A stretch of DNA of 64,000 bases from an uncultured Methylomirabilota bacterium (GCA_963845565.1 CAWJSJ010000001.1:288001-352000), one strand, 5' to 3'; positions 1 through 11,932 are shown, counted from the stretch's first letter. Notes: generated by a model not told the origin, from the letters alone. A program made the numbers and translations.

Positions 1-183
1 GTCTTTCAGGCCGCGGACGGCACGCCCGTCCCGGCCTACGTGGATGCGCACCGGCTCTTACAACCGGAGGGGACGATTCTCTGCTTGGTGGTGAGCGATC
101 TCTCCGAGTTGGAATCGGCCACCGACGTCGTCCGACAGCTCCGACAGGAGATAGCCGAGCGCGAGCGATCCGGACACGCCTAG
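1..183 (+). CDS. 3' end of a PAS-domain sensor protein (partial, possibly truncated by a nonsense codon)
   Basis: Frame 1 reads VFQAADGTPVPAYVDA...TILCLVVSDLSE...LRQEIAERERSGHA*, resembling a PAC motif plus coiled coil; RESEESF follows the TAG in frame. Confidence 0.55.
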   Translation, partial: VFQAADGTPVPAYVDAHRLLQPEGTILCLVVSDLSELESATDVVRQLRQEIAERERSGHA

Positions 184-346
184 CGCGAGAGCGAGGAGTC
201 GTTCGGCCTATGAGTTCCGACCACGCGTATGCATCGTCCCGGTTGATTTTTTCGACGGTCGGCCGCACGCTGCCCTGCGGTGCGCAAATCACCTTTCCGG
301 TCTTCGTTTACCCTGACGGGACCGGTACCCAGAGAGAGACGCCGCG

Positions 347-2479
347 ATGACCCGTGCAAAGGGCCGCCCTCCTGGCACAAGGGCGCCAGACGCTCCACGG
401 ACCCCTCCCAAGCCTCCGCGCCCGACCCCGCCGCCCGAGGCCCCCGCGCTGCGCGGCCGCGCGGAAGCACGCCTGCGCGCCACGGCGACGCGTCCCCCCG
501 CGCCCCGCACCGCCGCCGACACCCAGCGGCTCCTCCACGAGCTCCAGGTTCACCAGGTGGAGCTGGAGCTGCAGAACGAGGAACTCCGCCAGGCGCGCGA
601 GGCCGGCGAGGCGGCGCTGGCCCGGTACACCGCGCTCTACGACGAGGCCCCGGTAGCGTATCTGACGCTCGACCGGGCCGGGGGCATCCGCGGCCTGAAC
701 TTCACCGGCGCCACCCTCCTGGGGGAAGCGCGCGCCGCGGTGGTGGGGACCCCCTTCCAGCGATTCCTCCCGGCGGACGCCCACCCCGTCGTCGAGGCCG
801 TCCTCAAGGCCGCGGGCCCCGACCCGGACCCGCAGGCCGGCTGCGAGGTGCCTCTGCGGCCGACCGCGGGCCCCCCGCGGTTCGTGCGCCTCCAGGCCAC
901 CGCGGAGGCAGCCGGCGCCGAGTGCCGCGTCGTGCTCATCGACCTCACGGACAGCCGGCGCCTCCAATTCGAGGCCCTCCTCGCCGACCTCTCCGCCCGG
1001 TTCGTCCACGTGCCGGCCGACCAGGTGGACCGGCTGATCGAGGAGGCCCAGCGGCGGATCTGCGAGACGCTGGGCCTGGACCGCAGTACGCTCCTGCAGC
1101 GGGCGGACACGGACGACGACCTGGCCATCACGCACGCCTGGGCCGTGCCGGCATTCGCCCCGCAGCCCGGGCTCTTTGCGAAACGCGACTTCCCATGGGT
1201 GCACCAGACCCTCCTCCAGGGCGGGCTCGTGCGTTTTGCCACGCTGGCGGAGCTGCCCGCCGCGGCCGCCCGCGACCAGGCCGCGTTCCAGACCCTGGGC
1301 CAGAAGTCCGGGGTGGTCTTTCCGCTGACGGCCACCGGCCGGGTCGTCGGCGCGCTCTCCTTCGGGGCCCTGACGGCCGAGCGCGAGTGGCCGGACGTCC
1401 TGGTGCAGCGCCTCCAGCTCCTGGCGGACATCTTCGCGAATGCGCTGGCGCGCCAGCAGGCCGAACGGGCCCTCCAACGCGCCCTGGCCGACGTCACGCG
1501 CCTGAAACAGCAGCTCGAAGCCGAGAACGCGTATCTGCGCGAGGCGGCCCAGGCGCAGCCCAGCGACATCGTGGGCAATTCGCCGGCGCTGAAGCGGGTG
1601 TTGTCCCAGGTGGACCACGTCGCGCCGACCGAAGCCTCCGTGCTGCTCTTGGGCGAGACGGGGACCGGCAAGGAGTTGCTCGCCCACCTCCTCCATCGCC
1701 GCAGCCGGCGCCAGGCCCGGACGATGGTGACGCTCAACTGCGCGGCGCTCCCCCCGACCTTGATCGAGGCGGAGCTGTTCGGGCGCGAGAAGGGCGCCTA
1801 CACCGGGGCCCTGACCCGCCAGGCCGGCCGGTTCGAGCTGGCGGACGGCTCGACCATCTTCCTCGACGAGATCGCCGAGCTGCCGCTGGAGCTGCAGGTC
1901 AAGCTGCTGCGGGTCCTGGAGGACGGGCAACTGGAGCGGCTCGGCAGCACCAAGACCCTCACGGTGGATGTCCGCGTGATCGCCGCGACCAACCGCGACC
2001 TGGCCGCCCTGGTCGCCCGCGGCACCTTCCGCGAGGACCTCTACTACCGCCTGAATGTCTTCCCGATCGCCGTGCCGCCGCTGCGGGAGCGCGGCGAGGA
2101 TATCCCGCTGCTGGTCTGGACCTTCGCCAAACAGTTCGGCCAGGCGCTCGGGAAGCCGATCGAGCGCATCCCGCAGGAGACCATGGACGCGCTCCGGGCC
2201 TACCCCTGGCCGGGCAACATCCGGGAGCTGCGGAACGTGATCGAGCGCGCCGTGATCCTCACCGACAGCTCCACCCTCCGGGTGGCGGTGGGGACGGCCC
2301 CCGCGGGCCGCGCGGCCGCGCCGACGCTCGCCGCCACCGAGCGCGCGCAGATCGTGGCCGCCCTGGAGCAGACCGGCTGGCGCATCCGCGGCCCGGGCGG
2401 CGCCGCCGCGCTGCTCGGCCTCAACCCCACCACCCTCGAATCCCGCCTCAAGAAGCTCGGCCTCTCGCGTCCCCGCTGA
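347..2479 (+). CDS. Sigma-54-dependent enhancer-binding protein (PAS + GAF + AAA+ + Fis-type HTH; FhlA-like)
   Basis: Walker [15 protein letters not shown] loop, Walker [25 protein letters not shown]-terminal [28 protein letters not shown]-terminal [18 protein letters not shown] coiled coil, then PAS and GAF. Confidence 0.95.
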   Translation: MTRAKGRPPGTRAPDAPRTPPKPPRPTPPPEAPALRGRAEARLRATATRPPAPRTAADTQRLLHELQVHQVELELQNEELRQAREAGEAALARYTALYDEAPVAYLTLDRAGGIRGLNFTGATLLGEARAAVVGTPFQRFLPADAHPVVEAVLKAAGPDPDPQAGCEVPLRPTAGPPRFVRLQATAEAAGAECRVVLIDLTDSRRLQFEALLADLSARFVHVPADQVDRLIEEAQRRICETLGLDRSTLLQRADTDDDLAITHAWAVPAFAPQPGLFAKRDFPWVHQTLLQGGLVRFATLAELPAAAARDQAAFQTLGQKSGVVFPLTATGRVVGALSFGALTAEREWPDVLVQRLQLLADIFANALARQQAERALQRALADVTRLKQQLEAENAYLREAAQAQPSDIVGNSPALKRVLSQVDHVAPTEASVLLLGETGTGKELLAHLLHRRSRRQARTMVTLNCAALPPTLIEAELFGREKGAYTGALTRQAGRFELADGSTIFLDEIAELPLELQVKLLRVLEDGQLERLGSTKTLTVDVRVIAATNRDLAALVARGTFREDLYYRLNVFPIAVPPLRERGEDIPLLVWTFAKQFGQALGKPIERIPQETMDALRAYPWPGNIRELRNVIERAVILTDSSTLRVAVGTAPAGRAAAPTLAATERAQIVAALEQTGWRIRGPGGAAALLGLNPTTLESRLKKLGLSRPR

Positions 2480-2491
2480 GCGGTCCCGCCC

Positions 2492-2643
2492 CTCCGACCG
2501 ATCGGAGCCCGCTCCGAGATCTCGTGCGGGTTTCGGCGGGGCGTCGCTCGCCGGTTGTTTTCCGCATCTCCTTCAACCCCTTGTTTCGACACGGCGCAGG
2601 CCGCGTCGCGGCCCAGGCCGGGCGCGCTGGATCAGGTTTTGCG
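2492..2643 (+). promoter_or_regulatory. Sigma-54 promoter unit P1
   Basis: CTCCGAccgaTCGGAG-cccg-CTCCGAgatcTCGTG at 2492; IHF-like CAAccccTTGTTT 2574-2586; TGGatcaggttttGC 2628-2642. Confidence 0.8.
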
Positions 2644-2813
2644 GACAAAGAGGCGGGCAGGCAATTCTACCTGATCCAAGGACATTCCCCCCAAGGGATC
2701 CACGGCGACAGTCCGAGGCAAGCCCACAGGACAACGGCGGGCCGGCCCGCGCCCGGCGATTTCGGTCACAGCCGCTGACGCCACGGGTGGCGGAGGCGCG
2801 AAGGAGAGACGAG

Positions 2814-2993
2814 ATGGGGGACGGAGCGATGGTGGGACGGCGAGTGCTCATTGTTGTGGATGCGATTCTGGCGAAACCGCGTCGACTGGCCGACCTGGAG
2901 GCGGTAATTGGCGGGTTGGCGCGGAGCCGTGCCGTGCGTCGTCCGTCCGGTGTCGCTGGGCGGCGAGACGACGATCCGGGGGCGATCGGCTAG
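2814..2993 (+). CDS. Small hypothetical protein (59 aa)
   Basis: AAGGAGAG RBS before ATG 2814; downstream of P1. Confidence 0.35.
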   Translation: MGDGAMVGRRVLIVVDAILAKPRRLADLEAVIGGLARSRAVRRPSGVAGRRDDDPGAIG

Positions 2994-3052
2994 GTCCCGT
3001 TCTGGTCTTTCGCTCAAGCAGGCCTCCGGTGCCTCCGCTGCGCCCCAGCCAC

Positions 3053-3203
3053 CTCCGACCCCTCGGAGCCGCTCCGAGATCTCGGGCGGTTTCCGCCCAC
3101 GCCGCCGCGGAGCTTTCCCGGCAGCCGCTCCGCTAACCCTCCGGTTCGTCAACGCAAAAACCGCGTCAGGCCCCGCGACCGGTGGGATGGATCTGTTGTT
3201 GCA
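3053..3203 (+). promoter_or_regulatory. Sigma-54 promoter unit P2
   Basis: CTCCGAccccTCGGAG-ccg-CTCCGAgatcTCGG at 3053; degenerate IHF-like site 3134-3146; TGGatctgttgttGCA 3188-3203. Confidence 0.8.
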
Positions 3204-3359
3204 TATCCAGGTGAACGAGAGGTGCACAGGATAAAGGGATACGGGCGGAGCGGGCGTGGGGAAGCGACACGCGCCCGGCTTTGGGTGCCCGGCCCGGCTG
3301 GAGGCCCTGGGGAGCACCACTCGGCGGATGGCGTCGCGCCATCGGGGAGGAAGGGCAAC

Positions 3360-3434
3360 ATGTATTCGATCGTCTACATCGTGGGCGCGGTCGTCATCCT
3401 GGGGGTGGTACTGCGATGGGCCGGGCTTTACTAG
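3360..3434 (+). CDS. 24-aa single-TM membrane peptide MYSIVYIVGAVVILGVVLRWAGLY
   Basis: GGAGGAAGGG RBS, hydrophobic helix, paralog at 12488. Confidence 0.7.
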   Translation: MYSIVYIVGAVVILGVVLRWAGLY

Positions 3435-3560
3435 GCCGGGCCACCGCACCACAGGCGCGTCTGCCCTGAACGTACCAGCACGACGGAACGCAACCGGCCG
3501 AGGCGCCCCGCAGCCGTCCAGGCGCGGGGGCCTCGGCCCAGACTGACAGGAGGAGAGACC

Positions 3561-4599
3561 ATGCAACGCAGAACGACCATTGCCGTCCTACTCGTGGGGT
3601 TGGGGGTGGCGCTGAGCCTCGGGCTGTTCGCGACCCCCGGATTCGCCGTCCAGGAGCACGGCAAGACGGCCGGCACGACCGCCACCGGGGAGATCACGGA
3701 CTCCTGGCTTACCCTCAAGACCAAGCTGGCCTTGCTGGCCGACGAACGGATCAGCAGCACCGAGGTGAGCGTGAAGACCGTGAAGGGCGTGATCACGCTG
3801 CACGGAAAGGTGGCCAGCGCGGAGGAACAGAAGGCCGCGGAGGAAGTGGCCCTCACGATCGAGGGACAGAAGCAGGTGGTCAACCAGTTGACGGTGGTGC
3901 CGCAGGCGGAACGAAAGGCCGTGGATCGCCAGGACGACCAGATCGTCACAGAGGTCGCAGCAGGGGCTCAAGAAGGATGCGGCCCTGAAGAAGACGGACA
4001 TTGCGGTGCGCGCCGAAAAGGGCATCGTCACCCTGACGGGGAAGGCGCCGTCCCTCGCGACGAGCGTCCGCGCGTCTGAGGTGGCCCGCCGGGTCGCCGG
4101 TGTGCGCGCCGTGCGGAACGAGCTGGCCCTCCCGGCCCGCGCGGCCGCCCCCACGGCCGGGGCCCGCCCCGCGCCGGGGATGCACACCCCGCGGGCCGCG
4201 ACGACCACCTCGCGCGTCGACCGCGTCGAGGACCGCATCACCATGCTGCATAGCACCCTCAACATCACGCCGGCCCAGGAAGCGCTCTGGACGAATGTCA
4301 CCCAGGTGATGCGGGACAATGCGAAAACCATGGATGCGCTCACCACGGCCCGGGTCGACCAGGCCAAGACCATGAACGCCGTGGAGGATCTCAAGTCCTA
4401 TACCGAGATCACCAAGGCCCATACCGAGGGCCTCACGAAATTCCTCCCCGCCTTCGAGGCGCTCTATGCCAGCATGTCGGACGCGCAGAAGGCCGAGGCG
4501 AATACCATGTTCCGCGGGCACCAGCGCCGCCCCACGGCGGCGAAGGCGCCGATGCCCAAGAGCCCCGCGATGGCGACGAACGCCGCGTCCGTGAAATAG
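3561..4599 (+). CDS. Secreted 2xBON-domain protein fused to a Spy/CpxP-like (LTXXQ) domain; frameshift near 3957
   Basis: Signal peptide; ITDSWLTLKTKLALLAD BON; second BON QGLKKDAALKKTDIAVRAEKGIVTLTG in the next frame; LNITPAQEALW...LYASMSDAQKAEAN. Confidence 0.8.
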
Positions 4600-4647
4600 G
4601 GCACCCGCCCACGCGCGCACGATGCGCGCCCAGAACGGAGGGTCAGC

Positions 4648-4989
4648 ATGAGAGCATCGACAGGACAGGTCACACGCCCGCGCGTCCGGACGCTCGGGCT
4701 GGCGCTCGCCGTCGCGGCGGTGCTGGTCGGGGGCGCCCTGGCGCCGGCGTTCAGCGCCGATTACAAGCAGCGCACTCGGCAACAGGAGCGCGACTGGCGG
4801 GCGCATCAAAGCTACCAGTGGACGCATCACCCCGCCCAGCGGGCGCATCCACGGTACCAGCGCGCGTATCCCGCCTATCGGTACTACGCGCCGCCCCCGG
4901 TGATGTACGCGCCGCCGCCGGTCGTCTACGCCCCGCTGCCGTCGCCGGGCATCAGCCTCTTCTTCGGCTTCCCCCTCGGGCATCGCTAG
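4648..4989 (+). CDS. Secreted Pro/Tyr-rich hypothetical protein
   Basis: GGAGG RBS, signal peptide, YYAPPPVMYAPPPVVYAP repeat. Confidence 0.7.
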   Translation: MRASTGQVTRPRVRTLGLALAVAAVLVGGALAPAFSADYKQRTRQQERDWRAHQSYQWTHHPAQRAHPRYQRAYPAYRYYAPPPVMYAPPPVVYAPLPSPGISLFFGFPLGHR

Positions 4990-5106
4990 GAGGCGCAGCG
5001 ACGGGCAACGGTTCGGTGCTCACGACCGCGCTCCTCGGAGCGGTCGTGAGCACTGCCGATCGACAGGAGAGGATGCGGCGATGGAGTACCAGAAAGGGGT
5101 AACGCC

Positions 5107-5703
5107 ATGAAAATGACACTGGGGGTCACCGCAGCGGTGCTGCTTGGGATGGGGTGCCTGGCGGGGCCCGCACAAGCCTTCCTCGTGGAAGGCGGCCGGT
5201 GCCCGAGTTGTGCCGGGTCGGTCTACGAACTGCCGCTCACCCCCTTTGGCGGGGCGGCGTTTCACGCATTGCTGTCGAGTGAGAAATATGGCTTCAGCAG
5301 CCCGAGTGCGTTTCTCCACCTCGGCGCCGGGTCCGTGATGGACACGACGGCCCTCGGGTCTGCCGAGCCTACGGACACCCTCGGTGGTCCCGGGAGCACG
5401 GGTGCAGCCGGTTCGAGCACTGCCCGGTGCGCCACGGGCGGGGGGAGCGGAGTGGGGTGCAACCCCGCCGACTTTCCCGGGGTCGTGCCGACGGGTCTCG
5501 ACCCGGCCCACCGCGGGTCCCCCTGGGCGGGCACGGAGTTCCCGCGGCCGGGCGGGCCGCGCCACCCCGGTCTGATCCCCGTCCATCCGGGCAGGGACAC
5601 GCCGGGCGCGGCCCCGGTCCCCGAACCCGCCACCCTGTTGCTTCTCGGGTCCGGTCTCGTGGGCCTGGGTGGCGTCGTATGGCGGCGGCACCGTCGCGCC
5701 TAG
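5107..5703 (+). CDS. PEP-CTERM sorting-domain protein
   Basis: Signal peptide; C-terminal VPEPATLLLLGSGLVGLGGVVWRRHRRA. Confidence 0.85.
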   Translation: MKMTLGVTAAVLLGMGCLAGPAQAFLVEGGRCPSCAGSVYELPLTPFGGAAFHALLSSEKYGFSSPSAFLHLGAGSVMDTTALGSAEPTDTLGGPGSTGAAGSSTARCATGGGSGVGCNPADFPGVVPTGLDPAHRGSPWAGTEFPRPGGPRHPGLIPVHPGRDTPGAAPVPEPATLLLLGSGLVGLGGVVWRRHRRA

Positions 5704-5725
5704 CGGCGTTTAGCATAGTAGGACT

Positions 5726-5759
5726 CGCCGAGCTCCGGGGGTCACCTCGGGGCTCGGCG
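5726..5759. terminator. GC-rich hairpin between convergent genes
   Basis: cgccgagctccgggg...cctcggggctcggcg imperfect inverted repeat. Confidence 0.35.
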
Positions 5760-5822
5760 TGTTCGTGGGCGGTCGCCGCGCACGTGCCCTCGACTCCTCA
5801 CCGTCTCTTTCCCAGCATCTTT

Positions 5823-6944
5823 TCAGGCCATCGACCCGATGGTCCGGCGGAAACGCGCCAGCGCGATGGCGAAGAAGGCGGCGCCGATCAGGGCGATGGC
5901 GATGAATTGCGGCCACACCACCGCGAGACCGGCGCCGCGGAAGAGAATCCCCTGGGCGAGGATGACGAAATGGGTCGTCGGCGCCGCCAGCATCACCAGT
6001 TGGACAAATACGGGCATGCTCTCCCGTGGCGTTGAGCCGCCCGAGAGCATCTGCAGCGGCAACAGCACCAGCATCAGGAGCAGGCCGAACTGAGGCATCG
6101 AGCGCGCGATCGTTCCCATGAAGATCCCCATCGAGGTCGTGGCGAACAGATGCACCGCCGCTCCAGCCAGGAACAGCGCGAGCGCGCCTTCGATCCGCAC
6201 CCCGAGCAGTCCCTGCACGACACCGACCAGCGAACAGGCGCAGGCGCCGAGCACCACCAGCCCCATCGCCCACACTTTGCTCGTCATGATCTCCAAGGGG
6301 GTCACCGGCATCACCAGCAGATGCTCGACGGTGCCGTGCTCGCGCTCCCGGATCAGCGCGGCGCCGGTGAGCACGATCGACAGCATGGTGACCTCGTTGA
6401 TGACCTGCATCACGGCGCCGAACCAGGATTTGTTCAGCGTCGGGTTGAAGCGAACGCGCACGGCGAGATCAACCGGCGGAGCGGCCGGGGCGCGGTCGCG
6501 CCGCGTGAATGCCGCCACCTCGTCATTGATGATGATCTGGATATAACCGCTGCCGGTGAACGCCTGGCTCATGCGGGTCGCATCGACATTGAGCTGGATG
6601 GTGGGCGTGCGCCCGGCCAGCAGGTCGCGCTGAAACTCCGGGGGAATATCGAGGGCGAAGGTGTCGATCCCGGCGTCCATCCGCGCATCCATCTCGGCCT
6701 GGGTGATCATCGCCGGTGTGAGGAAATGCGGCGGATAGAAGGCGCTTCGGATGCGCGCCGACAGCGGAGACCGATCCTCGTCGACGATGCTGAGGGGGGC
6801 CTTGTTGAGCGTTTCCGGCATCGCCGTGGCTGCGGCGTAGACCGAAAAGGTGAAGGCGTAGACGATCAGCACCAGCATCATCGGATCCCGGGCCAGGCTG
6901 CGCAGCTCCTTGATGCCCAGACGCAGGACGTTGGCGGCACGCAT
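5823..6944 (-). CDS. yhhJ: ABC-2 permease (YhhJ-like)
   Basis: [40 protein letters not shown]. Confidence 0.85.
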   Translation of the reverse strand: MRAANVLRLGIKELRSLARDPMMLVLIVYAFTFSVYAAATAMPETLNKAPLSIVDEDRSPLSARIRSAFYPPHFLTPAMITQAEMDARMDAGIDTFALDIPPEFQRDLLAGRTPTIQLNVDATRMSQAFTGSGYIQIIINDEVAAFTRRDRAPAAPPVDLAVRVRFNPTLNKSWFGAVMQVINEVTMLSIVLTGAALIREREHGTVEHLLVMPVTPLEIMTSKVWAMGLVVLGACACSLVGVVQGLLGVRIEGALALFLAGAAVHLFATTSMGIFMGTIARSMPQFGLLLMLVLLPLQMLSGGSTPRESMPVFVQLVMLAAPTTHFVILAQGILFRGAGLAVVWPQFIAIALIGAAFFAIALARFRRTIGSMA

Positions 6945-6947
6945 GGC

Positions 6948-9733
6948 TCAGGTCTCCTGTTTCTTCAAGAACGCCGCGCACAGGCCGACCAGCACCGGTG
7001 GGGCAATCAGCAGCGGCACGAACGACGCGCTGCAGGTCGCTGAAGGCCAGGGCCTTGGAAAAGACGCCCTGCGAGATGAGGAGAAAATGGGTGGTGGGAT
7101 AGATGCGGCCGATGAGCGCGCCCACCCCTTCCAGCGACGACACCGGGTCGAGCATGCCGGAGAACTGCACGGCAGGAACGATGGTCAGGATCGCGGTGCC
7201 GAAGATGGCGGCGATCTGACTGCGCATGAAGGTGGAGATCAAGAGCCCCAGGGCGGTCGCGCAGGCCACGTACAGCAGTGCCGCCGTGATCAGGGTCGGA
7301 AAGCTCCCTTTCATCGGCACGCCGAACAGGGTGACCGCGAGCGCCGTCAGCAGCAGGAAGTTGAGCATCGCCAGCGCAACATAGGCGAGCTGCTTCCCGA
7401 GCAGGAACTCCAGGCGCGTGACGGGGGTGACATAGAGATTGACAATCGACCCGAGCTCCTTTTCACGCACCACCGAGAGGGCCGTCAGCATCGCCGGGAT
7501 CAGCATCAGCAGCAGCGGGATCACCGCCGGGACCATGGCCACCAGGCTCTTGACGTCCGGGTTGTAGCGGAAGCGCGTCTCGATGGTGACGAGGCCGGCC
7601 GCCCTGGCGTTGGCCGGATGCCCCGGCCAGCCATTGGGCATGCATGCCGCGCGCATACCCCTGCACGGTCTCGGCGCGCTGCGGCATGGCGCCGTCGACC
7701 CAGGCCCCGATCTCCACCGGACGGCCGCGGGCCAGATCGCGCGCGAAGCCGGAGGGGATCTCGATCGCCAAGCTGATCTCACCGGCGCGCATGCGCCGGT
7801 CGAGGTCGTCGTAATCGGCAATCGGCGCGTGTTCGATGAAGTAGCGGGAGCCGGAGAGGGTGAGCGCATATTCGCGGCTGGTCGTGGTCTGATCGCGGTC
7901 CAGCACCGCGAACGACAGGTCCTCCACGTCCATGCTGAGGCCGTACCCCATGATGAACATCAGGATGACCGTGCCCAGCAGCGCCAGGGTGGCGCGGATC
8001 GGATCGCGCCGCAGCTCCAGCGCCTCGCGCCGGGTGTAGCTGAACATGCGTCGGGGATTGAAGACCCCCTGCGAGTCCCGCCGGGGGTGATCGATCGTGG
8101 GCCCCGGCGCGGCGACGGACGGCGCCGGTTCATGGGGTCCGGGCCGCGCGTCCTCGGGCCGGCCCAGGGCGACCGCCTCTTCCAGATAGCCGATGAAGGC
8201 GTCCTCCAGCGTCTGCGCGCGGCGCCGCTCCCGTAACGCGGCCGGCGTGTCGGTGACCAGCACCCGGCCGGCATGCATCAGCGAGATCCGGTCGCAGCGC
8301 TCGGCTTCATTCATGAAGTGGGTGGAGATGAAGATCGTGACCTGGTCGCGGCGCGACAGCTCGATCATGATTCGCCAGAAGGCATCGCGCGCCACCGGAT
8401 CGACGCCCGAGGTCGGCTCGTCAAGAATCAGCATCTCCGGTTGATGGATCATGGCCACCGCCAGGGACAGGCGCTGACGTTGCCCCAGGGGCAATGCGTC
8501 GGGCAGGGCGTCGACGACGTTGGCGAGGTCGAAGCGCGCGACCATTTCGTCGATCCGGTCGGGGATCTTCCCAGCGGGCATCTGAAACAGCCGCGCGTGC
8601 AGATCGAGATTCTGGCGCACGGTCAACTCGGAATAGAGCGAGAATGCCTGCGACATGTACCCGACCCGTCGGCGGGTGTCGAGATCGTGCGGGTTCACGC
8701 CCTGGCCGAACAGCCACGCCTGCCCCTCACTGGCCGGCAGCAGGCCGGTGAGCATCTTCATGGTTGTCGTCTTGCCGCAGCCGTTGGAGCCGAGGAAGCC
8801 GAAGATCTCGCCCCGCGTGATCTGGAAACTCACATGATCGACGGCGACGAACGCACCGAAACGCATCGTCAGATCCCGCGCCTCGATCGCCACCTGCTGG
8901 TCATCTGTGGCGCGGGGTGGAATCTCCACTGCCCGGTAGCCCCGGCGCTTTCCCTCCGGCAGCAGGGCGACGAAGGCAGCCTCCAGCGAGGTGGTGGCGG
9001 TGCGCGCGAGGAGTGCCTGCGGGGTGCCGGCGGCGAGCACGCGGCCGGCGTCCATCGCCACCAGCCAGTCGAAGCGCGCGGCCTCCTCCATGTAGGCGGT
9101 TGCCACCAGCACGCTCATCCCGGACTGCGCGGCGCGGATGCGGGCGATCAGCTCCCAGAACTGACGGCGCGAGAGGGGATCGACGCCGGTGGTGGGTTCG
9201 TCGAGAATCAGCAGGTCCGGGTCGTGGATCAGCGCGCAGCACAGGCCGAGCTTCTGCTTCATGCCCCCGGACAGCTTGCCGGCGGGTCGGTCCGCGAAGG
9301 GGGCCAGACCGGTACTCCCCAGCAGGTCGGCGATCCGGCGCGTGCGCTCGGTGCGGCCGTGGCCAAACAGGCGGCCGAAGAAGTCGAGGTTCTCGAACAC
9401 CGAGAGTGTCGGATACAGGTTTTTGCCCAGGCCCTGCGGCATGTAGGCGATGCGCGGGCAGACGGCCCGGCGATGACGGGCATCGCGCATGTCGCCGCCC
9501 AGCACCTCGACCTGCCCGCTCTTGATCGCACGGGCGCCGGCGATGATGGCCAGGAGGCTGGACTTGCCGACGCCGTCCGGGCCGATCATTCCGACCATGC
9601 GGTCGGCCGGCAGCTCCAGCGTGACGGCATCCAGCGCGCGCGTCTTGCCGTAGCGCAGGCTGACGTCGCGCAATCGGGCCACCGGCATCGCGTCGGTCGC
9701 AGCCGGTGGGGCGGCGGGGGTGCCGCCGGTCAT
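6948..9733 (-). CDS. rbbA: RbbA-type double-ATPase/permease ABC protein; frameshifts near 7620 and 7030
   Basis: GPDGVGKS and GSNGCGKT Walker A motifs, LSGGMKQ, DEPT twice; permease [17 protein letters not shown] in another frame; ends LKKQET. Confidence 0.85.
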
Positions 9734-10815
9734 TGCGGAAGCTTCACGTGCAGCTCGGCAGGCCACGCCGCGCGGGAGTCGAGCCGGACATGTGCCATGC
9801 CGGGTAACCCGGTCTTGACCTTGGTGATGTTCTGCTTGAGGAGCTCGGGAGCGATCTGCGCCTTGACCCGGAACATCAGCTTCTCCCGCTCGCTGGCAGT
9901 CTCGACGGTCTTGGGGGTGAACTGGGCGACGTCGGCAACGAAGGAGACCTGCGCCGGGATGACGTACTGCGGCGCAGCATCGAGCACCAGCCGCGCCTCC
10001 GAACCGATGGCGACTCGACCCGCCGCAGCCGTGGGCAGGAAAAAGGTCATGTACACATCGCTCAGGTCGAGCAGGCTCAGCACCCTGCCGCCGGGCGCGA
10101 GCACCTCGCCGCGCTGGGCGACGCGATACTGCACGCGCCCATCGCGCGGCGCTTTGAGCACGCTGTCGTCGAGGTCCGCCTGGATGCGCTGGATGGTTGC
10201 CCGCGCCGCCTCGACGTCCGACTGCACCCCGATCGCCTGCGACCTGGCCGTGGCGATGGCCGCGTCCATTGCCGCGACCTGAGACTCCGCCGCAAGCAGG
10301 CCCGCCTCTGTGCCGAGGAAACCGGTGCGATCGTCGTCGAGCTGCTGCCTGGAAATCGCATTATCGGCGAACAGCGACTCTGCACGCGCCCGACGCCCTC
10401 TCGCCGCATCCACTTCCGACTTGCGCTGGATCACCACGGCCCGCGCGGCCGCCTTCTCGCTCTGTCGCTGGACCACCTGGCTGTGGGTGGTCTCGATGGC
10501 GTTTTCCGCCTGGCGCAACCGGGCCTGTGCCTCTCGCTGCTGGGCCTGCAATACGGCGGTGTCCATCTCCGCCAGCGGTTGCCCGGCGGTGACGAGATCG
10601 CCTTCGCTCACCAGAATGTCCTTGACCCGTCCCGCGGTCTTGGCGGCGATGTCGATCTCCACGGCTTCGATGCGGCCGTTGCCGGAGGCAAAGCCGCCGG
10701 GAAGCCCTTTGGGCCTCAAGGAGTGCCAGGCAAAGACGGCGGCTCCGATGCCAACCACCGCAATCAGGATCGCCGACAGCCAGTGCTTTCGTAATGTCAA
10801 CATTGCGACGTGCAC
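9730..10815 (-). CDS. HlyD-family membrane fusion protein (YhiI-like)
   Basis: [44 protein letters not shown]; stop overlaps the rbbA start. Confidence 0.9.
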   Translation of the reverse strand: MHVAMLTLRKHWLSAILIAVVGIGAAVFAWHSLRPKGLPGGFASGNGRIEAVEIDIAAKTAGRVKDILVSEGDLVTAGQPLAEMDTAVLQAQQREAQARLRQAENAIETTHSQVVQRQSEKAAARAVVIQRKSEVDAARGRRARAESLFADNAISRQQLDDDRTGFLGTEAGLLAAESQVAAMDAAIATARSQAIGVQSDVEAARATIQRIQADLDDSVLKAPRDGRVQYRVAQRGEVLAPGGRVLSLLDLSDVYMTFFLPTAAAGRVAIGSEARLVLDAAPQYVIPAQVSFVADVAQFTPKTVETASEREKLMFRVKAQIAPELLKQNITKVKTGLPGMAHVRLDSRAAWPAELHVKLPQ

Positions 10816-10994
10816 GCTTGTACCCTCGCGGTGGCTGCGGTGTGCTTGGAGTCGAACCCCACGTCGGCCGGGACCTTCTGCGTCACGATCTTGATGACGG
10901 TACGCCATCCCGGCATGGCCCGCGTTCCGCTCCGCCATCACGGCGGTGCACGCATTCTCACGCCGTGATCGCTCGGTTCACCGGGGCACACGTC

Positions 10995-11288
10995 TCAGCG
11001 TCGAAGTGCTCCCACCGGGGAGACGCCTGCGGCGTCGCGATCTTTGCTGGGCTCATAGTCGGGTTTATGGCGTCGTTCTTGTGCTTGGAATTGGAGCAGG
11101 ATAGGCCCCCGTGGCTCCGTCCCCAGGCCCACCCGTCCTGCCGACCGTGCCCGATCCCACACCCGCTCGATCAGGAGGGCCAATCCCACGACGATCAGAC
11201 CCCAGAGCAACGTGATGACGAACCACTCGCCGATCCCCAACCCATAGCCGAAACCTCCCCACTCCATCGTTCCGCTTCCCGGCCGCAT
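10995..11288 (-). CDS. Small single-TM membrane protein
   Basis: AAGGAGG RBS; Gly-rich N-terminus then a TM helix; first gene after P3. Confidence 0.6.
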   Translation of the reverse strand: MRPGSGTMEWGGFGYGLGIGEWFVITLLWGLIVVGLALLIERVWDRARSAGRVGLGTEPRGPILLQFQAQERRHKPDYEPSKDRDAAGVSPVGALRR

Positions 11289-11380
11289 CGTGTGGACCTC
11301 CTTCCCATCAACGCGGTCGACATCCGCTACACACCGGCCCACGCCCTACCGCCCGGCATACTCCGTTCCCGCACACAATG

Positions 11381-11531
11381 TGCAAGGCCGGATCCAGCCA
11401 ACGCGGCGACCGGCACGCTGCGAGAACCGCCCATTGGAATCAAGCAGTTATGGGCGCTGAGGCCGAAGAGGCTCGGGCGCGAAACCTGCGGGAACGCTCC
11501 GAGATTTCGGAGACGCTCCGACCGATCGGAG
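11381..11531 (-). promoter_or_regulatory. Sigma-54 promoter unit P3
   Basis: Two CTCCGA-N4-TCGGAG palindromes 11497-11531; perfect IHF consensus AATCAAgcagTTA 11438-11450; minus-strand TGGatccggccttGCA 11396-11381. Confidence 0.85.
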
Positions 11532-11654
11532 GGGGAGAAACAGGGGGGCGCGGCGCGCGTGGTGTGCGGCGGGCCGCGAGAAAAGCGGATGTGAGGCAGA
11601 GCACGTCGGCGACGCTGCGCGTTCCATTTCCCGCCTCTCGCCGGTTATTCGGTC

Positions 11655-11805
11655 CTCCATGTATCTCCGAACGTCCTCCGAGATGTCGGAGGTGTCCGGC
11701 CGGTTCCGCCGCGGAACCGCCGGGCCGTGTGCGACCCAAGTCTCTGATTCGAGGGGTGCCGAGTTCGTCTGGGAAGCGGAAGAGCGTGGTGGCCTTGCGC
11801 TTGCA
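11655..11805 (+). promoter_or_regulatory. Sigma-54 promoter unit P4 (divergent from P3)
   Basis: CTCCGAgatgTCGGAG 11676-11691 with a degenerate upstream half-site at 11655; IHF-like CAAgtctCTGATT 11737-11749; TGGccttgcgcttGCA 11790-11805. Confidence 0.75.
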
Positions 11806-11932
11806 CCAGTTCACAAGGGAACGGGCAGGGACCTCGGCGCGCATTCAGGTCGGGAACCGAGGCCCCGCGTGCCCATGGCCAGGGGCTTTCCCCTTCCGGG
11901 CTCACCCGACGACCAAGGATCAGGAGACAACC

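Noticed and set aside
181..183. Pyrrolysine read-through of TAG
   Set aside because: Another stop follows ten codons later and no pyl genes are visible
2492..2527. Tandem palindromes as terminators or REP elements
   Set aside because: No U-tract, and fixed spacing to IHF and -24/-12 sites favours protein-binding enhancers
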